Below are positions 57,232 through 64,000 of a stretch of 64,000 nt of DNA, piece after piece (the stretch's first letter is position 1; every line of letters starts with the position of its first letter). A program made the position numbers and the translations under genes. Source of the DNA: Flavobacteriales bacterium. Lineage in GTDB: Bacteria > Bacteroidota > Bacteroidia > CAIKAF01. The stretch lies in the NCBI GenBank assembly GCA_044376575.1, contig JBILKR010000011.1:4701-68700 (forward strand), written 5' to 3'. The notes below the pieces were generated by a model. The model worked only from the letters and a program-made list of their open reading frames with translations. It did no database searches and was not told where the DNA came from.

Positions 57232-57248
57232 GTATAAATATTAAATCA

Positions 57249-58391
57249 TTATCCATTTAATACTCCTCTGCTGATAACGATGCGTTGAACTTCACTCGTA
57301 CCTTCATATATCTGAGTAATTTTTGCATCACGCATTAAACGTTCAACATGGTATTCTTTTACATATCCATATCCACCATGCACCTGAACAGCTTCCGTAG
57401 TACACCACATGGCTACTTCACTGGCATATAGTTTTGCCATCGAGCTGGCTAAGTCAAAATTCATTCCCTGATCTTTTAACCATGCTGATTTATAAACCAG
57501 TAATCTTGCAGCTTCTATACGTGTGGCCATATCAGCCAGTTTAAATGCTATTGCCTGATGTTCTGAAATTGGCTTACCAAATGCTTTGCGTTGCTTGCTA
57601 TATTCAAGTGCTAATTCATAAGCACCCTGTGCAATTCCCAATGCCTGTGCTGCAATTCCAATTCTTCCCCCTGATAATGTTTTCATCGCGAATTTAAATC
57701 CGAATCCATCTTCACCAATACGGTTTTCTTTTGGAACTTTTACATCCGTAAACTGAAGTGAACAAGTATCAGATGCACGAATACCCATTTTATTTTCTTT
57801 GGGTCCTTTAATAAATCCGGGCATTCCTTCTTCAACTATCAAACAGTTAATTCCTTTATGTCCTTTTTCAGGATAGGTTTGAGCAATTACTAAATAGTAT
57901 TTGGCATTCTTTCCATTTGTAATCCAGTTTTTAGTACCATTCAATAAGTAATGGTCACCCATATCAATTGCAGTTGTGCGTTGAGATGTGGCGTCCGATC
58001 CTGCTTCCGGTTCACTTAAACAAAATGCACCGATGCATTCACCTGATGCCAGCGGTTTTAAATACTTTTCTTTTTGTGCCTCGTTTCCGTATGCATCCAG
58101 TCCGTAACACACCAATGAATTGTTTACTGAAACCACTACAGATGCTGCAGCTTCTATTTTTGAAAGTTCTTCCATCACCAGAACATAAGATAAGGTATCC
58201 ATGCCTGAACCTCCGTATTGGGGATCTACCATCATTCCCATAAATCCCAGTTCGCCAAGTTTCTTTATTTGTTCAGCAGGGAAAATCTGTTGGTCATCTC
58301 TTTCAATTACACCGGGTAGTAATTGTTCGCGTGCAAAATCTCTTGCAGCTTTCTGGATCATCTTGTGTTCTTCGGATAGTTCGAATAACAT
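57249..58391 (-). CDS. Acyl-CoA dehydrogenase (short-chain/butyryl-CoA dehydrogenase-like)
   Basis: 380 aa, ACAD fold. Catalytic base near the C-terminus (YEGTSEVQ). FAD-binding motifs. Confidence 0.85.
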   Translation of the reverse strand: MLFELSEEHKMIQKAARDFAREQLLPGVIERDDQQIFPAEQIKKLGELGFMGMMVDPQYGGSGMDTLSYVLVMEELSKIEAAASVVVSVNNSLVCYGLDAYGNEAQKEKYLKPLASGECIGAFCLSEPEAGSDATSQRTTAIDMGDHYLLNGTKNWITNGKNAKYYLVIAQTYPEKGHKGINCLIVEEGMPGFIKGPKENKMGIRASDTCSLQFTDVKVPKENRIGEDGFGFKFAMKTLSGGRIGIAAQALGIAQGAYELALEYSKQRKAFGKPISEHQAIAFKLADMATRIEAARLLVYKSAWLKDQGMNFDLASSMAKLYASEVAMWCTTEAVQVHGGYGYVKEYHVERLMRDAKITQIYEGTSEVQRIVISRGVLNG

Positions 58392-58464
58392 ATACTAAAA
58401 TATTTTAGGTTAACAATTGAATGCATTAAATTCGGCCAAATATAACTATTTTCATAGTAACAAT

Positions 58465-59523
58465 ATGAATTCATATAAAGTTTTGGGTTTGATGTCGGGA
58501 ACATCCCTCGACGGGTTGGATATCGCCTGTGTTGAGTTTCGTGAAACCGATGGAATATGGGCATTTCAGGTATTAAAAGCGACTACGGTTAGCTATGATT
58601 TACCAATGAAAAAATACTTAACAGAAACATCATTTTGTTCAGGTGCTGAATTGATAAAGAGGCACGTTGATTTTGGAAAATATTTAGGTAATCAGGTTAA
58701 AGATTTTATACAACAACACGATATCAATGTTGATTTGATTTCTTCACATGGACATACCATTTTCCATCAACCTCAGCACGGTTATACTTTTCAGTTGGGC
58801 GAAGGACAATCAATTTATGCCATCACAAATATTCCGGTGGTATTTGATTTCAGATCGCAGGATGTAGCATTAGGCGGACAAGGTGCACCTCTGGTACCTA
58901 TGGGTGATAAAATGTTGTTTGAAAAATATGATGCCTGCATTAATCTCGGTGGAATAACCAACATTTCCTTTGATAAGGAAAATCATCGGGTTGCTTTTGA
59001 TGTTTCTCCATTGAATATGGTATTGAATTACCTTGCTGAAAAGTTGGGTAAATCAATGGATGAAAATGGAATGATTGCATCCACCGGGCGAATGAACGAA
59101 AATTTATTTCATCAGCTAAACGGACTGGGATATTATACTTTGCATGGTCCTAAATCTATCGGAAGAGAATGGGTGGAGAATGAAGTGATACCAATGCTTG
59201 ATGCATCCATGTTATCTGTTACTGATCAATTGCATGTATTTACACGACATGCTGCATTTCAAATGGCTCATGTGTTGAATATGCATCATCTAGAACACTG
59301 CCTGATTACAGGAGGAGGTGCATACAATCAGTTTTTTATCCATTGCCTGAAAGAATATTCGAGTGCAAAGTTTATTATACCGGATAAAGAAATCATTGAG
59401 TTTAAAGAAGCATTGATATTTTCGTTCCTCGGATTATTAAGAAAACTCAATCAAATGAATGTGCTTTCCGATGTAACCGGAGCAAAACGTGATCATTCAA
59501 GCGGGATTATTGTGGGCGGGTAA
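58465..59523 (+). CDS. anmK: Anhydro-N-acetylmuramic acid kinase (start trimmed to MNSYKVLG; the track start is an upstream TTG)
   Basis: N-terminal GLMSGTSLDGLD motif of AnmK (ASKHA family). About 353 aa. Confidence 0.85.
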   Translation: MNSYKVLGLMSGTSLDGLDIACVEFRETDGIWAFQVLKATTVSYDLPMKKYLTETSFCSGAELIKRHVDFGKYLGNQVKDFIQQHDINVDLISSHGHTIFHQPQHGYTFQLGEGQSIYAITNIPVVFDFRSQDVALGGQGAPLVPMGDKMLFEKYDACINLGGITNISFDKENHRVAFDVSPLNMVLNYLAEKLGKSMDENGMIASTGRMNENLFHQLNGLGYYTLHGPKSIGREWVENEVIPMLDASMLSVTDQLHVFTRHAAFQMAHVLNMHHLEHCLITGGGAYNQFFIHCLKEYSSAKFIIPDKEIIEFKEALIFSFLGLLRKLNQMNVLSDVTGAKRDHSSGIIVGG

Positions 59524-59531
59524 AATTTTAA

Positions 59532-62500
59532 TTATTTACCGTGACAAGCCTTATACTTTTTACCGCTTCCGCAAGGGCAAGGATCATTTCTTCCTGTTTT
59601 TTCTTCAGCAATCACCGGTTGCGCTTTTTGTTTTTCACGCGTATCCTGTGTGCGTGTTTGTTGCGAAGCATCGTCAGTTCTGCTTGTTTTTAGTTGTTGC
59701 ATGTTGGTTCTGTCGGGTGCCTGTTGCTTGATGGCCTGAGGCGAGTCAACATGTATAGTAGCTTTCATCAGGAATGAAATCACATCCTGATTTATTTTAT
59801 GACTAAAATCTTTAAATAAATTGAAGGACTCTAATTTATACACCAATAAAGGATCTTTTTGTTCATACACTGCATTCTGAACACTTTGCTTTAAGTCATC
59901 CATTTCTCTCAGGTGTTCTTTCCAGCCATTATCGATGAGTGATAATGAAATGGCTTTTTCCATGCTTAATACAAGATCTGTTCCTTGAGTTTGATATGCT
60001 TTTTCGAGGTTAGTGGAAACTTGAATTCCACGTATTCCATCGGTAATCGGCACCAAAATATTCTGATACATGTGCGCCGATTGTTCATACACATTTTTAA
60101 TCACCGGATAAGCGGTTTGTGCAATGTGTTTTTTGCGAACATCATAAGAACTCATTGCTTTTTCATATACCAACTCAATCAGTTGTTGATCGTTTGATTT
60201 TAAAAATTCAATTTCATCAATCGGAGATTCGATGGCGAGATTACGAATCAGTTCCATTTCAAATTGCTGAAAATCTCTGGATTCATGGGTTTGCGAAACA
60301 ATATTTTCTGCAAGGTCATAAATCATATTGGCAATATCAACGGGCAGACGATCACCATATAGTGCGTTTCTTCTTTTGGAGTAAACGGCTTCACGCTGCT
60401 GATTCATCACATCATCATATTCAAGCAATCGTTTACGAACTCCAAAATTATTTTCTTCAACTTTTTTCTGCGCACGTTCAATTGATTTTGTAATCATGGA
60501 ATGGGTGATAACCTCACCTTCTTTTAATCCCATTCTGTCCATCATGCTGGCAATACGATCAGAACCAAATAAACGCATCAGGTCGTCTTCAAGCGAAACA
60601 TAAAACTGAGAAGATCCTGGATCGCCTTGTCTTCCTGCACGACCTCTTAACTGACGGTCAACCCTTCTAGAGTCATGTCTCTCTGTACCAATGATTGCAA
60701 GTCCGCCTGCATCTTTTACTCCGGGACCTAATTTAATATCTGTTCCTCTACCTGCCATGTTTGTAGCAATAGTAACAGTTCCTGCTTTACCCGCTTCAGC
60801 TACAATTTCTGCTTCACGCTGGTGCAACTTGGCATTCAATACCTGATGCTTGATGTTTTTTAATTTGAGCATCCTGCTGAGCAACTCAGAAATCTCAACT
60901 GATGTAGTTCCTACCAGTACCGGTCTGCCTTCTTTAACATAGGTTTCTGTTTGTTCGATAACTGCATTATATTTTTCACGTTTGGTTTTATACACCAAAT
61001 CATTCAGGTCTTTTCTAACTATGGACTTATTCGTTGGTACTACCACCACATCCAGTTTATAAATATCCCATAACTCTTTTGCTTCCGTTTCAGCAGTTCC
61101 AGTCATCCCTGCAAGTTTATTGTACATACGGAAATAATTTTGCAACGTGATGGTTGCATAAGTTTGGGTAGCGGCTTCAACTTTAACATTCTCTTTTGCT
61201 TCAATGGCCTGATGTAAACCATCTGAATATCTTCTGCCTTCAAGAATACGTCCCGTTTGTTCATCAACGATTTTTACTTTTCCATCCATCACCACATAGT
61301 CCACATCAATTTCAAAAAGTGAATACGCTTTTAATAATTGAATGATGGTATGAATACGTTCAGTTTTAATACTAAAATCACGAATAAGATTTTCTTTCAT
61401 AGCCACTTTATCTTCTGTCGATAAAGTGTTTTGATCAATCGATGCCAATCCCGTAGCCATATCAGGAATAATAAAGAAAGAAGGATCTGCTGCATCCTGG
61501 GTAATCAATTCAATTCCTTTGTCAGTTAAATCAACAGTATTGTTTTTTTCATCAATAACGAAATACAAATCGTCATCGATTTTATGCATTTCTTTTTGCT
61601 GATCCTGTAAGTAAAAGTTTTCTGTTTTTTGAAGAATAGATTTTATTCCTGGCTCACTAAGGAACTTGATTAATGCAGAATTCTTAGGCAATCCACGGTA
61701 CGACCTGAATAAATATTCAGCTCCTTTACGTTCATCTTCTTTAGAAGCATTGTCGGAAGAAAGAATTTTTTTTGCATCTGCAAACTGAATATTGATGAGT
61801 TTTTTCTGTGCATTAACCAACCTTTCTACTTTAGGTTTTAGCTGGATAAATTCCTGATTTTCGCCTTTAGGTGTAGGTCCGGAAATAATCAATGGAGTAC
61901 GGGCATCATCGACAAGTACAGAATCTACCTCATCGACAATTGCATAATTATGACCACGCTGAACTAATTCTTCGGGTGTGCGGCACATATTGTCGCGTAA
62001 ATAATCAAAACCAAATTCATTGTTTGTGCCGTAAGTAACATCAGCCAAATAAGCATTTCTGCGAGCTTCAGAATTTGGTTGATGTTTATCAATACAATCC
62101 ACCCTTAACCCATGAAACTCAAACAAAGGTCCCATCCATTCTGAGTCACGTTTTGCCAGATAGTCATTAACAGTTACTACGTGAACACCTCTTCCCGGAA
62201 GAGCATTCAGATATATGGCAAGCGTTGCCACCAGCGTTTTACCTTCACCGGTAGCCATTTCAGCAATTTTTCCTGAATGTAAAACTGATCCGCCTATAAG
62301 TTGGACATCATAATGAACCATTTCCCAGGTAACTTCGCCGCCGGCAGCTATCCAGGTTTTATTCCATAATGCTTTTTCACCTTGTATAGTGATATTATTT
62401 CTAATGATGGCAAGTTCTTTATCAAGGGGTGTAGCAGTAACGTCAACTGGAGATGATTCTTTTAATCTTCTTGCCGTTTCCTTTATCACAGCAAAAGCCT

Positions 62501-62837
62501 CAGCTTGGATATCTTTTAAAACGACTTCAATTTTCTCTGTGCATTTTTTTTCTATTTCGTCGATTTGCTTGTAAAGTTCTTCTTTTTCTATGTAATCAAC
62601 TTCTGAAATAGTAGAAATTTTATTTTTAATTTCCTGAATTTCATTAACTTCAATTGATATTGCCTCGTTAATTTTTATTCTAAATGCAACCGTTTTGTTT
62701 CTAAGTTCATCATTAGATATGTGCTGAATTTCTTGAAAATGGTGTTGCACCTTTTCAACAATTGGTTTAAGTTCTTTCAGGTCGCGGTCACCTTTGTTTC
62801 CAACAAATTTGCTGATTATATCGCCTAGTATCCCCAT
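59532..62837 (-). CDS. secA: Preprotein translocase ATPase SecA
   Basis: DEAD-like motor motifs. C-terminal zinc-binding tail [14 protein letters not shown]. 1101 aa. Confidence 0.95.
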   Translation of the reverse strand: MGILGDIISKFVGNKGDRDLKELKPIVEKVQHHFQEIQHISNDELRNKTVAFRIKINEAISIEVNEIQEIKNKISTISEVDYIEKEELYKQIDEIEKKCTEKIEVVLKDIQAEAFAVIKETARRLKESSPVDVTATPLDKELAIIRNNITIQGEKALWNKTWIAAGGEVTWEMVHYDVQLIGGSVLHSGKIAEMATGEGKTLVATLAIYLNALPGRGVHVVTVNDYLAKRDSEWMGPLFEFHGLRVDCIDKHQPNSEARRNAYLADVTYGTNNEFGFDYLRDNMCRTPEELVQRGHNYAIVDEVDSVLVDDARTPLIISGPTPKGENQEFIQLKPKVERLVNAQKKLINIQFADAKKILSSDNASKEDERKGAEYLFRSYRGLPKNSALIKFLSEPGIKSILQKTENFYLQDQQKEMHKIDDDLYFVIDEKNNTVDLTDKGIELITQDAADPSFFIIPDMATGLASIDQNTLSTEDKVAMKENLIRDFSIKTERIHTIIQLLKAYSLFEIDVDYVVMDGKVKIVDEQTGRILEGRRYSDGLHQAIEAKENVKVEAATQTYATITLQNYFRMYNKLAGMTGTAETEAKELWDIYKLDVVVVPTNKSIVRKDLNDLVYKTKREKYNAVIEQTETYVKEGRPVLVGTTSVEISELLSRMLKLKNIKHQVLNAKLHQREAEIVAEAGKAGTVTIATNMAGRGTDIKLGPGVKDAGGLAIIGTERHDSRRVDRQLRGRAGRQGDPGSSQFYVSLEDDLMRLFGSDRIASMMDRMGLKEGEVITHSMITKSIERAQKKVEENNFGVRKRLLEYDDVMNQQREAVYSKRRNALYGDRLPVDIANMIYDLAENIVSQTHESRDFQQFEMELIRNLAIESPIDEIEFLKSNDQQLIELVYEKAMSSYDVRKKHIAQTAYPVIKNVYEQSAHMYQNILVPITDGIRGIQVSTNLEKAYQTQGTDLVLSMEKAISLSLIDNGWKEHLREMDDLKQSVQNAVYEQKDPLLVYKLESFNLFKDFSHKINQDVISFLMKATIHVDSPQAIKQQAPDRTNMQQLKTSRTDDASQQTRTQDTREKQKAQPVIAEEKTGRNDPCPCGSGKKYKACHGK

Positions 62838-62998
62838 GAAGTTCAGGTTTATATTGAGGCGCTAAATTAGGCTAAAAATTGGAATTCTAGGGTATGTGAT
62901 AATTTATCAATAAGATAATGTATGTTTTTTTTTGTAGATTAATATATTTTAATATTTTAGTGCTTTGAATTCTTAACGCAAATTTTACAATCATTTAT

Positions 62999-64000
62999 AT
63001 GAGACAAAGAATACTCTTGTTAATATCATCATTTTTTATCTTTAATGTTTCAATTCATTCGCAGACATTTAATCAGCCTGAACCTGGAACATGTGGAATG
63101 AATTGTGATGCACCATTAAACGGAAATGGAACACTTGGACAGATTTATAACAACTCTGCATGTGGTTTGAATTTTGTTACCCAGTCTAATCGTATTGGAA
63201 AGCGTTTTAGTCCACAGGGAACAGGTAATCCTTCAACATTTCCTATTTCAGGAATTCCACCTTGTGCTACAGGTGGAGGAATTATTAAAGCATTTTTATG
63301 GGCTGGAACATCTGGAAACGGAGCTGCAATGACTGTTTCTATTACAAATCCACAAGGAGTAACGCAGGCTTTCCCTATGCAGGTGGTAGGAAGTGGACCT
63401 GACAAGTGTTGGGGTTATTCGGGCTCGCATACCTATCGTGCTGATGTAACTTCTATCATCACTGGAAATGGAAATTATATCATGTCGGGTTTTTTGCTTG
63501 GACCAGGCACTAATGACGTAGATGGAGCTACGCTGATGATTATTTATCAGGATCCACAGGCAACTTACAAAGGACACATCGTGATTCACGATGGAGCTGT
63601 TATTATTAATGGAGGAACAACAACGCAGACAGTTACAGGAATTGCGGCTTGTGCCAATTCAATTAACGCAAGGGCTTTTAGTTGTATTGCAGATTTACAA
63701 ATGGCGGGAACATTAACTATGAATGGAACACCAGCACCTTTTACATTTAACTGGTGGAACTATACACAGGTAAATACCAATGTTACCAATGGTCAGAACA
63801 CTTCTAATTTTACCATGAGCTCAGGAGGAGATTGTTACAATTTTGCAATGGCAGGAATTTATTACCAAACCAATACTTGTCAGACTTGCCCTTTGGCGCA
63901 GGCTTCATTAATTTTAAATACTACATCAGTAAATACAAACTGTATGGGTAATAACGGATCAGCGAGTGTAACTGCAACCGGAGCCCCCGGTCCTTACGCT
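62999..64000 (+). CDS. Secreted surface protein, 5'-partial view only (open to the window end), with a SprB-type repeat; likely a T9SS adhesin/cargo
   Basis: ATG at 62999. Signal peptide MRQRILLLISSFFIFNVSIHSQ. No stop through position 64000. The end reads NTNCMGNNGSASVTATGAPGPYA, resembling the SprB repeat consensus C.G..nGs.tv...GG..PY. Confidence 0.5.
   Translation, partial: MRQRILLLISSFFIFNVSIHSQTFNQPEPGTCGMNCDAPLNGNGTLGQIYNNSACGLNFVTQSNRIGKRFSPQGTGNPSTFPISGIPPCATGGGIIKAFLWAGTSGNGAAMTVSITNPQGVTQAFPMQVVGSGPDKCWGYSGSHTYRADVTSIITGNGNYIMSGFLLGPGTNDVDGATLMIIYQDPQATYKGHIVIHDGAVIINGGTTTQTVTGIAACANSINARAFSCIADLQMAGTLTMNGTPAPFTFNWWNYTQVNTNVTNGQNTSNFTMSSGGDCYNFAMAGIYYQTNTCQTCPLAQASLILNTTSVNTNCMGNNGSASVTATGAPGPYA

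Noticed and set aside
58417-58464. The N-terminal extension of anmK. Similar upstream extensions occur at 20963, 21438, 43053, 48034, 10233, 1501 and 20910.
   Set aside because: The ORF track uses TTG or upstream codons as starts. The conserved protein N-termini and downstream ATGs indicate shorter genes.

Overview
This is a low-GC Bacteroidetes chromosomal core region, most likely Sphingobacteriia/Chitinophagia-like. The promoter -7 elements match TAnnTTTG, several secreted proteins carry type IX secretion (T9SS) C-terminal sorting domains, and there is a Bacteroidetes-type Rho. It is not an obvious accessory island: I found no integrase, transposase, CRISPR array or restriction gene.

Housekeeping content:
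- Four complete tRNA genes (Ser-GCT, Met-CAT, Ala-GGC, Asp-GTC) plus a partial tRNA-Pro at the window start.
- The rpsF-rpsR-rplI ribosomal operon, dnaA, rho, htpG, mutL, recO and secA.
- rRNA/tRNA-modifying enzymes: rlmD, an RsmB-like methyltransferase and a THUMP-domain methyltransferase.
- Lipid metabolism genes: cdsA-psd, two thiolases and an acyl-CoA dehydrogenase.
- A DEAD-box helicase plus cspA-type cold-shock pair.
- Ribosomal protein bTHX.
- Three large T9SS-type secreted proteins.

Findings that look most worth follow-up:
1. A tight ALDH3 fatty-aldehyde dehydrogenase + Mpo1/DUF962 gene pair, which recapitulates the last two steps of eukaryotic phytosphingosine catabolism. A stand-alone ArsA/Get3-type ATPase sits upstream.
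2. A recurring extended promoter motif, TAnnTTTGCA(T/G)CCC, upstream of three tRNAs and the S6 operon.
3. A perfect 11-bp-arm palindrome upstream of a padR-pspC pair.
4. A histone H1-like lysine-rich protein fused to an SRPBCC-like domain, with in-frame 30-bp tandem repeats.
5. A bTHX ribosomal protein with a repetitive lysine-rich tail.

All calls come from reading the sequence and the supplied ORF translations. No database search was run.
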